Source of the DNA: Histomonas meleagridis 2922-C6/04-290x
Lineage: Eukaryota; Protista; Parabasalia
Direction of reading: 5' to 3'
Length of the DNA: 64,000 nucleotides
Assembly: GCA_020184695.1 (NCBI GenBank)
Contig: JAANOX010000280.1
Coordinates: forward strand, 620,001 to 684,000
Part shown: positions 29,210 to 39,674 of the stretch, one piece after another
Numbering within the stretch: position 1 is the first letter of the stretch
How the letters are laid out: each line of letters opens with the position of its first letter
Position numbers and translations under genes: made by a program
The notes under the pieces: model-generated
Told to the model about the DNA's origin: nothing
What the model saw: only the letters and a program-made list of their open reading frames with translations
The model's database searches: none

Positions 29210-32200
29210 ATGAGTGTTCCAACACCAAATCCTCGTCGTACATTAAGGAAACCAAAAAATCCTGGTACCAAATCTAATATCCAATCTGAATACTTGCAAA
29301 AAATGCATGTTCTGGAAAAATTAATATTTGATTTAACTAATGAAAACTTTTTTTTCACAGTTCAGCAAACAATGAAATTATTTGATTCAAATTTCCCATA
29401 TTCTTTTAACGTTGTTATTAGTATTTTAATTTTCTCTGTATTTTTTTCTCAAAAGAATTCAAGTGAATTTTATTTAGAGTATCTAAAATCAATTGAAAAA
29501 GAAGAAGAACAAATAAATAAAAACAATCCCAAAATCATTAAAATTTTTGCAAAACATATATCACAAATTAAAGTACAAGAAGCATACAATCTCATTGAAG
29601 AAATGATATCACAAAATTTAATCGATGAAAAAATCATTAAAAATATTCGAACTCAATATTTTGCGCATCGAAGATCAGAAGAAGAACTATCAAAGAATGA
29701 TTGGGAACTTCATAAAAAGTTAATTAAAGAAGGAGTTAATCCAAATGAAATCGCAAAAATTATACGAAATGATGAAATAGAAAAACTTCAAGAAATGTCA
29801 TCACAACCAGAATTTGATTATAACCAGAAAATCAAACCATCACTTTATGAAAAATGTTCATTTATTAATCATCATGTTACATTAATTGATTATGCAGCAT
29901 TTTTTTCTTCTATTAAATGTTTTAAATATTTACTTATGAATGGAGCTAAACCAGAAAACACAGGTAAATATGCAGTTGCTGGTGGAAATTTAGAGATAAT
30001 TCATTTATGTGAACAAAATCATTCATCTTTCAAAGGATCTTTTGATGCTGCTATTAAATTCCATCGAAATGATATCTTTCATTATATTTATGAAAATAAT
30101 TTAGAAAAATTAGGAGAATATAAGGAAGTAAAGCTATCAATATTTGGAAAAGAAAATATAAACCAATTTGGTTATTTTGATAAATATCCAGATAAACCAC
30201 AATCGATTAACGAGTTAGTAAAAGTTTGTAATTTCAGTGGGAATTATGAAATTCTTTCTTTTTTATTAGAAGAGGATATAAATATCAATGATTCGATTTT
30301 AAGGGAAACTGCACGAATTGGTAATTTATATCTTGTTAAATATTATCTTCAAAATAATAAATTGAAAACAGACATTTTATTCTTTGCATTAGCATCAGGA
30401 AATGCTGAACTTGTTAAATTTGTTCTTGAAAAAAATCCAATTGATATATATGAAAAAAATTTTTATTTAATTTTAATAAATTTTGTTTTAATGATTTGAT
30501 ATATAAAAATAATATTTGGAAATTATTTAAAATATTCGAAACACCACTTATATTTGCATCTTCATTAGGTAACACTGAAGTAGTTAAATTACTTGTTGGA
30601 TATAAAAAAATTAATGTTAATTGTACTAATTTTAATTTGTTTCATTCAGAATTTGTTGAATTGATTTTATATTTCAAAAGTATAATTAAAATTTGCTTAA
30701 AATATTTGACACGCCTTTGATTGCAGCAACTAAAAATAATTGTACTGAAGTCAATAATATCCTTATTGAACAAAAAGGAATCATTATTAACTCTAGAAAT
30801 ATTTTATCACTTTTTATTGTGTTAATTTTAATAATTTAAAGTTTCAAATTTTCATAAGGAAATTATATAATTTATTTAAAACAGCATTAATTTGTGCATC
30901 ACAAAATGGTTACACAGATATTGTTAAATTACTTATTAAACAAGAAGCAATAGACATCAAAATTAAAGATATTTGTTTGTTTTATTTAACGTTTATCAAG
31001 AAAAATTTTAATTTTTATGAAATTTTTGGAAATTATTTAAATTATTTGAAGATGCTCTTATGAAAGCATCGAAAAATAATCATATTGAAATAGTGAAATT
31101 ACTTCTTGAACAAAAAGACATCGACATTAATTCAAAAAATGTTTTTTTATTATAGACAATGTTTATATCAAGAAATTATTGTTTCAAAACAATATTTGGA
31201 AATTATTTAATTTGTTTTATACATCACTTATATTTGCATTGGAAGAACTTCATATTGAAATTATAAAATTACTGCTTAAACAAAAAGGAATTGATATTAA
31301 TGTTAAAACTATTTATTTATTTTGTATAATGAACATTTAAATATTTTTATGTATCAAAATTTTAATTGATTTTTATTTTAATTATATAGAACACCACTTA
31401 TTTTTGCAACTTCTAAAGGGAATACAGAAATAGTTAAATTACTTCTCGATCAAAAAGGAATTGATATTAATGCTAAAGATATTATCATATTTTATAAAAA
31501 GTTTATTTTAAGATTTTGATATTTTAAAATGATGTTTGGGGACTATTTACATTATTTTGGTCAGCATTCTTATTTGCAGCAGAAAATAGTTACTTTAAAA
31601 TAATTGAATTACTTATTGCACAAAAAGGTATTGATATTAATATCAAAAATATTTATTTATGTCATTTAATATTCATCTTAATAATTTTATATTTCATAAT
31701 AATATATGGAAATTATTTAAGTTATTTCGAACTCCATTAATATTTGCATGTGAAAATGGTAATATTGAATTAGTGAATTTACTTCTTAAACAAGAAGGAA
31801 TTGATATTAATGCGAAAACTATTTATTTTTTGTGTTTAATATTTCTTTTATTTAGTTATTGTTACAAAATAACATATGGAAATTGTTCAAATTATTTTAT
31901 ACAGCACTTACATATGCAATTAAAAAAAATCTCTATGATATTGTTAAAATATTACTTGAGCAAAAAGGTATTGATATTAATTCTAAAAATAATTATTTGT
32001 TTTGTTTAATATTTTATTTAAATATATGAAATTTCATTAAAATATATGGTATTTAATAAAAATATTTGACACAGGACTTATAATAGCAACTAAAAATGAT
32101 AATATAAAAATAGTTAAATTACTTCTTGATCAAAAAGGAATAGATATCAATGCAAAAAATATTTTTTTATTTTGTTTGAGGTTTATTTTTAATGTTAGAA

Positions 32201-32493
32201 GTTTCCAAATATTATTTGGAAATTATTATTAAAACTTTGTACTGCACTTATGTGGGCATCTGAGAAAAATTGTGTAAAAATATGCGAATTACTTCTTGAA
32301 CAAAAAGGAATTGAAATAAATATAAGAAATATTTATATATTTCATAAAATACTTATTTCAATAATTTGAATTTCTTAAACAATGATTGGAAATCATTTAA
32401 AATATTTAAAACAGCATATGGATTAGCATTGTCAAATTGTAATGACAGTATAATTACATTAATTAAAGAAAAAAAGAAGGCACTAGGATTATA
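29210..32493 (+). CDS. DUF3447-type ankyrin protein with 13 C-terminal ankyrin repeats interrupted by 48 short inserts (predicted 822 aa after removal)
   Basis: Open from ATG 29210 through the DUF3447-type region (LIDYAAFFSSIKCFKYLL, YAVAGGNLEIIHL). Ankyrin blocks start at 30371, 30541, 30711, 30881, 31051, 31221, 31391, 31561, 31731, 31901, 32070, 32240, 32410. Removing 47x17 + 1x16 = 815 nt from 3284 nt leaves 2469 nt = 822 codons + TAA (32491-32493), with no internal stop. The mature product is inferred. Confidence 0.85.
30461..32409 (+). other. Array of 12 spacers, each 4 x (17-nt AT-rich insert + 1 codon): putative non-canonical micro-introns and 3-nt micro-exons
   Basis: Triplets at spacer offsets 18-20, 38-40, 58-60, 78-80 spell KDGE, RYKD, CKGK, NLGE, NIGY, NYDR, KDGW, NYGR, NIGY, NEGD, EEGC, NEGK. 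First spacer: AAA 30478-80, GAT 30498-500, GGA 30518-20, GAA 30538-40. Confidence 0.85.
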
Positions 32494-32906
32494 AACTGAG
32501 GTTAACAACTAATTTATATCATTAGCTAAACATGCTATTAAATGATAAAATTTCTTATATATTAAAAATCATACCCCACAATTACTTTTTTCTTTAAAGA
32601 AATGTATACAAGTATATTAAAAATGAAGAAGAATTCATTATCATTTTATCCTTAGGTAACTCTTTAAAAAATAGCATTTACTAAACAATGGAGATAATTG
32701 CTTTTATGAAGCTCCTCCCAAATTAGCAATGCATTTAATAAATATTGATATTAATATTTAATCTTATTTATATTTGATAAGTCAAAGACATGTTTAAACC
32801 AAACATGTAATGCAAGAAGGCTGTAGCAAGTATCATTTATCATTCCTTAAAAAATGTTTTGCTGAGCGTGTAATCGCGCTTTTGGGGCAGCCCAAATGAA
32901 CCCAAC

Positions 32907-33490
32907 ATGAATAAAGAATTCATAAAAAGTGTTTTAGTTGGCGATAGTAACGTTGGTAAGACGTGTTTCTTGATTTCATGTATTGCCCCTCAAGACGTTT
33001 GTTTTACGCAGGATATGTACATACCAGAAATTTTTGATGGCTGTACAGTTCATGTAAAATTTGAAAATCAAATAATTCCTTATGAACCTTGGGATACAGA
33101 TGGTAAAAAAATATGAAAAACTTCGCCCATATTCTTATCCAGATACGGACGTATTCTTACTTTGTTTTTCACTCGTTTCACTTAAAAACATACGAGATAT
33201 TTATATTCCTGAAATAAAAAAATGTTGTCCATCTGCAGTATATATTTTAGTTGGGATGAAAAGTGATCTTTGAGATGAATATATTCTTTCAACTTCTGAA
33301 GGTTCCAATACTGTTTCAACAGCACAAGGCAAAGAGATGGGGAATATTATTAATGCGTGTGATTATATCGAGTGCTCAGCATTTATGCGACAAAACGTGA
33401 TGGATGTCATACATTCTTCAGTTCGCCATGTGATTGAAAATATAAAAAACCAAAAATGAGAATATAAAGGGTTCATGCGCAATTTTTTAA
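32907..33490 (+). pseudogene. Rho/Rac GTPase pseudogene
   Basis: KSVLVGDSNVGKTC, WDTDG, then frameshift to YEKLRPYSYPDTDVFLLCFS, in-frame TGA in GMKSDL*, YIECSA, second frameshift before the CAAX end KGSCAIF*. Confidence 0.88.
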
Positions 33491-34446
33491 GAAGTGTTCA
33501 CAATTTTAAATAAAATAAAAATTACATAATTTTTTTTTCTAGTTTAGATGATCATTTGGAATTTTTAATTAATTAATTTTTAATCGTTACTTAATCAAAA
33601 GAAAATATTTTGAAAATTTGAAATTATTATAAATCACAAAAATTATTTCTACCAAAATTTCTAAATGGACTAAAAAGTACTCAGTGAGAATTTTGTGTTA
33701 GAGAAATAAAGAAAAAATAAGTTAAATAGAATTAATGCACTTTAAATGATGTGTTTTGTGAATTTGTGCTCCTACAAAACGTCATTTCTTCCTTCTGTTT
33801 GCTGCTATTATCTATCTTGAAAATATCTCTTGTTGTTGAACATTTAATTTATTACTTTTAATATTTCTTTAAATATATATTTTTTATTTGTTGTTTTTAG
33901 CTTCTCGTTTGTATATGCGGATGTTCCACATTTTCTTCACTTTGTTTTCCTTTATTGTCATTTCTTTTTTGCATAATATTTACACCATTTGGTTCGACTG
34001 CTGAACCAGTTTGCAGAACTCAAAAGAGTGTCTGATGTAACAAGTTCTCTTTTTTATTGTGATTAAATACACTTCTTAGAGTGGTAGATTTGGATGTGCA
34101 CTGATTTTAATTGTTTTGTTTTGCTCAAACGCACTGAATATTTTGGCTTTTTCTTCATTTTTTGAATAAAATATGAATCGCCACTTAAATACAAAAATGC
34201 AGAAGTTTAAACTTATTTTAAAATATCCTTTTGTGTACATGAAAAATCTGAATACGATTAATTTTGTGATATTATAATATTTTGTCTTCGGTGGTTTGTA
34301 ACGAAAATAATCCAACAGATCCACAATTGTTAATACCGCCGGATGCTGAAATGTCCACGCATTACATTTCCCATTATTTTTCATTTTGTTCAATTCGATA
34401 AGTACTATTATTTATGTTCCAAATAAAAATATAACCTTCGCCTTCT

Positions 34447-34700
34447 GTGATAACAAATATATCATCAGACAAGAAATTAATCAAAGAAAGTGTTAAACCA
34501 AATGAAATTGCGAAAATAATTCTAAATGATGAAATAGAAAAACTTCAAGAAATATCATCACAACCAAATTTTGATTTTATTCAAACAATTGAACCATCAC
34601 TTTATGAAAAATGTTCTTTTATTAGTAAAGATATGTTTCATTTATTGATTATGGCGCATTTTTTTCTTCTATTAAATGTTTTAAATATTTACGTTAAATT
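34447..34700 (+). pseudogene. DUF3447-type ankyrin gene internal fragment
   Basis: KKLIKESVKPNEIAKIILNDEIEKLQEISSQPNFDFIQTIEPSLYEKCSFI is nearly identical to the 29210 gene; frameshifts after SFISK. Confidence 0.8.
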
Positions 34701-34976
34701 TGATAATGTTTGTTTGAATTCAAACTCATTCTTCGAAGCATGGAAGTTATTTAGATGTTTCACAACACAAACAATGAAAAACCCTCTCTCAGCACCGCTT
34801 AGAGAACCAGTGTCTACAACATAAACAGAAAGTCAGCATGCAGAATACATTCAAAATTTGAATTCAAAATTTATCCAATTTTTTCAAAGAATTTAAATTT
34901 GATTTCGAAAATTCTTTATTTAAAATTCATGTAAATTTCCAGGTAATTCCTGGAGTGCTTGAAACCGTATGTCTCT

Positions 34977-37126
34977 TTATACAACTATTTCTTCTTGAGG
35001 ATCTTCGTCATTAAATTCAGTTGCAAATGGATCATCCTCATTGTTATTATAGAGCGGATTATCGAATACAATTGTTGAGTCATTTTGTTCAACATTTTCT
35101 GCATTTTCTTCTGGCACTGTATCTGTTTTGTTCTTGGGCTTCAATACGAAGAACAAAACTATGATAATAATCGCAATTACAATAGCGCCAACGACACCGC
35201 CAACAATTCCGTATAAAGTTGTCTTGTTTACATCTTCGCTGCCCTCAGAATAATCAATGAGTGTTCTGTACGATTTAAGTGTATTTGATTGGCTAAATGT
35301 GTTTGACTGTGAATATGTTTTACTTTGCGAATATGTATTCGATTGTGTATATGTATTCGATTGTGTATATGTATTCGATTGTGAATAAGTATTTGATTGT
35401 GAATATGTATTCGATGCAGTAATTGGATTCGATTGTGAATAAGTATTTGATTGAGAATATGTATTACTCTGTGAATAAGTATTAGATTGTGAATATGTAT
35501 TACTCTGTGAATATGTATTACTCTGTGAATAAGTATTTGATTGAGAATAAGTATTACTCTGTGAATATGTATTACTCTGTGAATAAGTATTTGATTGTGA
35601 ATATGTATTTGACTGTGAATATGTATTTGACTGTGAATATGTATTTGATTGTGAATATGTATTTGATTGTGAATATGTATTTGATTGTGAATATGTATTT
35701 GATTGTGAATAAGTATTAGATTGAGAATAAGTATTACTCTGTGAATATGTATTACTCTGTGAATAAGTATTCGATTGTGAAAATGTATTTGTTGGATCAG
35801 GTGTTTTCGCAAGATAAAAATGCGCTGTTTCACTTATTTTACCTGAGTTATCAATGGCTACTGCATGAATATGTACATCTTCATTGATAATATTTTCAAT
35901 AATTCCTGTCGTCGTTTTGCTAAATTCACTTTCCATATCGATTGTAATTTCTGTGTTTTCGTTATTATCAATGATATAATAATATTCTTTGATTCCTGTT
36001 GGATATTCAAATGAAACAATATCTGATGTAAATTTTTCATCACCATTATATGTTTGTCCTTCAACGCGATATAAATAAATATCTTTCGGATCTTCGGATG
36101 AAAGTTGAACTTTTCTTTCACTTATGTCTGGTTGTGTAATGGTCGGTTTAGTTGGTGCTGTTCGATCTTCAAATGAATAATCATATGAATATTGATTTGA
36201 TGTTCGTTGATATAAATAATAAATAGTATTCGCTAAAACTTTTCGTTCATCTTCTGTCGAAGAAGCATCACTATGACCTGTTTGAATCATTGCTGTGTTA
36301 CGATATGTCGTCAAATAATAATGTGGATTTCCATATCTGATATCTGAATAACCCGAAAGGCTCCATGCATAGTTTTCTGCTTCTTCAAAACTTCCGACAT
36401 CAAAGTTATCTGGTACATCACCTTCTTTGGTTGTACCTAATTGCATCAAACATCCCCACCTGCTGCATTATCACATGTATGTGTTAGTGGAATAGTTAAA
36501 AGATTTTTCTTGATTAATTGTATGTGGAAATTGTGTCAATAATCCTGTCTTTTGAACTAAAACTTCTTGTGACCAATGACCCCAATGTTGATCAATGGTA
36601 CCATCAGAACATTTTGGAAGCCATTGACATTGTCGTGTTCCAAGCTTAATTCCAAACATATCTGCAATTCGCCCAAGTCCTACTTCATTCCCAAATTCAG
36701 ATACTCTTTAATGATTTGTTCTTTTGTATAAGGATTAAGACCATATGCATCAAATGGAAAATGTCCTTCATAATCGTAATAACCACCTTCCATCCAAACT
36801 TTTAAAGAAGCTGACCTCTCTGTTGTAAGAGTAGAACCATCTTTAAAATAGAATGTTACTCGAGGAATAGTAATTCCAGAACTTCCAACAGGATAAACAT
36901 TAAGAACTTTAACCTCTTGTGTTGTGTTATAATCAAATGAACTTACAGGAAGCCAATTAATTCCATTGTCAATCGATGAATATACTGTATAATATACATT
37001 TTGAGTTTGATGGAAACCAGTCCAGTTTAATATCGCACGTGTTCCATCGAAAGTAACATTAAGTTGGATTTTATCGGTATCAGAATCCTCGGCACTGATA
37101 AGATATAGTAAGAGAAGGCTGAACAT
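34977..37126 (-). pseudogene. Frameshifted type-I surface protein: signal peptide, FnIII-like and bacterial-type ectodomain, SQSNTY stalk, TM
   Basis: Three collinear ORFs (36680-37126, 36471-36659, 34977-36449) join by frameshifts: MFSLLLLYLISA, KVLNVYP..LKVWME, GLGRIADMFGIKLG, PLTHTCDNAAGGDV(W)MQL, YYLTTYRNTAMIQTGHS...RKVLANTIYYLYQ, repeats, TM, DNPLY..DDPF tail. Confidence 0.75.
35278..35790 (-). repeat. 18-bp coding tandem repeat (SQSNTY)n, about 27 copies
   Basis: Translation shows uninterrupted SQSNTY hexapeptides with synonymous variants; plus-strand units such as GTATTTGATTGTGAATAT. Confidence 0.95.
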
Positions 37127-37186
37127 TGATATGAAAAGAAAAATTTAAGATCTCACCTGCTCATCCCAGAATTTTTAGGCTGTAGG

Positions 37187-37211
37187 AAATAACGCTGTGA
37201 ATATTGAATAT
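37187..37211 (-). promoter_or_regulatory. 25-bp element upstream of the surface-protein gene (copy 1)
   Basis: AAATAACGCTGTGAATATTGAATAT, exactly repeated at 37718-37742; 61-85 nt upstream of ATG 37126 on the minus strand; contains TCAAT/TCACA Inr-like motifs. Confidence 0.45.
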
Positions 37212-37461
37212 GCGCTCAATTTTGTTAGTACAAAAATTTAACCTTTATTGAAATTTTTCAATTAATTTCGTAAACAAGAAGCCGATAAGCTCTGATATTC
37301 CGGAACAAAACGAACCCATTTTTTCTGAGTAACTTAACCTGTTAGTCACAAAACTCTCCACATGTGACGTCATCTTTTGTTTTCTCTCTATTCTTATACG
37401 AAAATTTAAAATATTCATATCAATCCACAATATTTATTTGATCATCAAAAAGAAAACAACA

Positions 37462-37683
37462 TCATTTCTTTTTGTTCGACGACAATTCCAAGAAACAAGC
37501 CTCACAAACGGGCACTTGTTTCGTTTCAGATATTCCGGGCATTATCACCTTATGTGTCAAGCAATTTTTACACACCACATATCCACAAGCTCTACAATGA
37601 TGTCTTCTTAAGAACATAGCGAATTGTGTGTGGCATATCATGCAATTTGGGGCCTCATTATCAGGTATCCAAATTGGTGCCAT
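37462..37683 (-). CDS. Stand-alone FYVE zinc-finger protein (73 aa)
   Basis: WIPDNEAPNCMICHTQFAMFLRRHHCRACGYVVCKNC...VPVCEAC has WxxD, RRHHCR and 8 Cys. Confidence 0.9.
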   Translation of the reverse strand: MAPIWIPDNEAPNCMICHTQFAMFLRRHHCRACGYVVCKNCLTHKVIMPGISETKQVPVCEACFLELSSNKKK

Positions 37684-37717
37684 TCTTAAATCGGAAGGTG
37701 GGGATCCAAGCTACAGC

Positions 37718-37742
37718 AAATAACGCTGTGAATATTGAATAT
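37718..37742 (-). promoter_or_regulatory. 25-bp element upstream of the FYVE gene (copy 2)
   Basis: Identical to 37187-37211; 35-59 nt upstream of ATG 37683. Confidence 0.45.
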
Positions 37743-38510
37743 ATTCAATTTTGACCTCCAAAAGATTAATCACCTTTGAAATAATTCAATTGATTTTCTG
37801 TGGTTATAGCGCTGACTGTTATCATCTACCAGAAAGGGACAGGCCAAAGACCTAAAAATTAAAAAGTAATTACTGATCAAAAATTATCGTATCATAATAA
37901 CAGAGATAATGATGTTTTACAAGTGAGTTAAAACAAAAATAGAAATGTTTCTAAGCCGAATTCTTTTTGATTATGATCTCATTAAAATAAAAAAAAAAAT
38001 CATTTCAATATTAAAAAAATGATTTCTTTAAAATTTATCATCCAAATCAAGTGAAAATGTGGCTAAATACAACGCATCCTACATAATGAAGAATTTTCAA
38101 AAGAAATAATTAAAAAAAAAAAACGCCAAAAATGTATTAAAGTATAAAACTTATTACTCCATCACATCCAACATAATGTAAATACTAAATCAGACCTAAA
38201 TATTTGCATACATCTGATATCAAAAAAAATGAATATTTTCTTCATTTCCATTTTGTACATTTAATCTTTTTTTGCTTTTGTACATGAAGCTTGTTTATGT
38301 GAATTTCCTTGTAACAAAATAATTTTTTTTTAAATACGTTTAATGATCTTTTCTTTCATTTAAGGATATGAACCTTCAACTATAAAAATTAAAGTATTTA
38401 ACAGCTTCACATAGTGAGAAAACTTCCACACACGAACTACAATTTCTTCACAACATCCGAAAAAAAGTTTTAGAATTTAAGAATTTTACACACGTAAACT
38501 TTTCAAAATA

Positions 38511-39674
38511 CTACATGAAAATTTGACTTTGTTTTTTCGTAACATCGCTCAGAATATCCACCAAATGTTCCTGGAAGCTCGATGGAGGTGTTATAACCAA
38601 TGACTCGAGTAAGTCAGAGGGCGTAAGACTTCTTCTTGCAAATGAATAATTTGCATCGCATACAATTGCTCCGTAAAACATTACTTTGCGTTCTGTTATA
38701 TCTGTTGGTATTTCACCTACCTTAAAATTAAAATGATCGATTTTTTTCGTACTTGCGAAAAAATCAGATTTCATTACTTCTTCTATTGAGAGGCGTTTTC
38801 CAGGGTTAACGCATAACATGCCTCTAAGGATAGAAACTATAGATGGATCTGTGTTGTTTGGAATGACCAAAGGTCTATTTTTAACATTTTGTATAATTTC
38901 AAATACATTATTTCCAGTAAATGGAAGGCGCTTGAAAAGAGTTTGGAAAAGTGAAACTCCCAGAGACCATACGTCTTCCTTAGCCGGGTCAAGTTCGTCT
39001 TGAGTGTAATCTGAATCATTTAATGCTTCTGGAGCTTGATAGCCTGGAGAACCGACAACCATAGCTGTACTACGAAAGCTATGCCCCAAGCCAAAATCAG
39101 CTAAATAAGCGTGGCCATCACTACGAATTAATATATTTGATGGTTTAATATCTTGATGAACAATACCATTTGAATGTAAACATAATACAGCTGAAAGAAT
39201 CTGCTTAAAAATGTATTTGATTTCATCGATAGTAGGCGACTCCATTTCGATAATCTTTTGGAGTGATCCACAATCTGCATAATCTAAAACAAGATAAACC
39301 ATATCTGTAGACTCAACATGTAATGCTTCATGGAGTTTTATAATGTTTGGGTGTATCATTTTCCGCATTGCAGAGATTTCCCTTTCCAATTGTGAAATCC
39401 CTGCTTCTATGTGTTGAAGCTTATTTAAATTGAAGCTTTTAATTGCATAAAATTTTCCCTCTTGGGTATCTTTTGCGAGGTATACTTTTGAAAAAGAACC
39501 TTCACCAATTTTCTGAAGAATCAAGTATTGATTTACTTGTTTTAAAGGACGCTCTTCATCATCCCCGCACCCAATTGAATTTGTCATCCTAATGAAAGGA
39601 TCGCGAAATAGAGGAGGTTTTGCTTGCATTAACGAGTGTGGGTTGGCCAAAATCTCTACGAAATTTGAATTCAT
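38511..39674 (-). CDS. CAMK-group Ser/Thr protein kinase
   Basis: IGEGSFSKV, YAIK, HQDIKPSNIL, LADFG, GSPGYQAPE, DVWSLGV. Confidence 0.95.
   Translation of the reverse strand: MNSNFVEILANPHSLMQAKPPLFRDPFIRMTNSIGCGDDEERPLKQVNQYLILQKIGEGSFSKVYLAKDTQEGKFYAIKSFNLNKLQHIEAGISQLEREISAMRKMIHPNIIKLHEALHVESTDMVYLVLDYADCGSLQKIIEMESPTIDEIKYIFKQILSAVLCLHSNGIVHQDIKPSNILIRSDGHAYLADFGLGHSFRSTAMVVGSPGYQAPEALNDSDYTQDELDPAKEDVWSLGVSLFQTLFKRLPFTGNNVFEIIQNVKNRPLVIPNNTDPSIVSILRGMLCVNPGKRLSIEEVMKSDFFASTKKIDHFNFKVGEIPTDITERKVMFYGAIVCDANYSFARRSLTPSDLLESLVITPPSSFQEHLVDILSDVTKKQSQIFM

Noticed and set aside
30461-32493. Reading the ankyrin array as an ordinary pseudogene or as one ~68-nt intron per repeat
   Set aside because: All 13 coding blocks are free of stops and indels. 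A single intron would put Phe/Tyr at the conserved Gly position and has no GT-AG ends, whereas the 17+3 parse recovers Gly in 10 of 12 repeats. Pseudogene status is unlikely but only RNA data can exclude it.
33271-33273. Stop-codon reassignment or readthrough to explain in-frame stops (also TAA near 58040)
   Set aside because: Conserved genes end at TAA, TAG and TGA normally, and the affected genes also carry frameshifts.
35228-35833. His/Ile-rich ORF (and 35489-35719 on the plus strand)
   Set aside because: Alternative-frame shadows of the SQSNTY 18-bp repeat.
36481-36488. ACTAACAC (minus strand) as a parabasalid branch site
   Set aside because: Not followed by the expected CAG acceptor; it lies in coding sequence (PLTHT).
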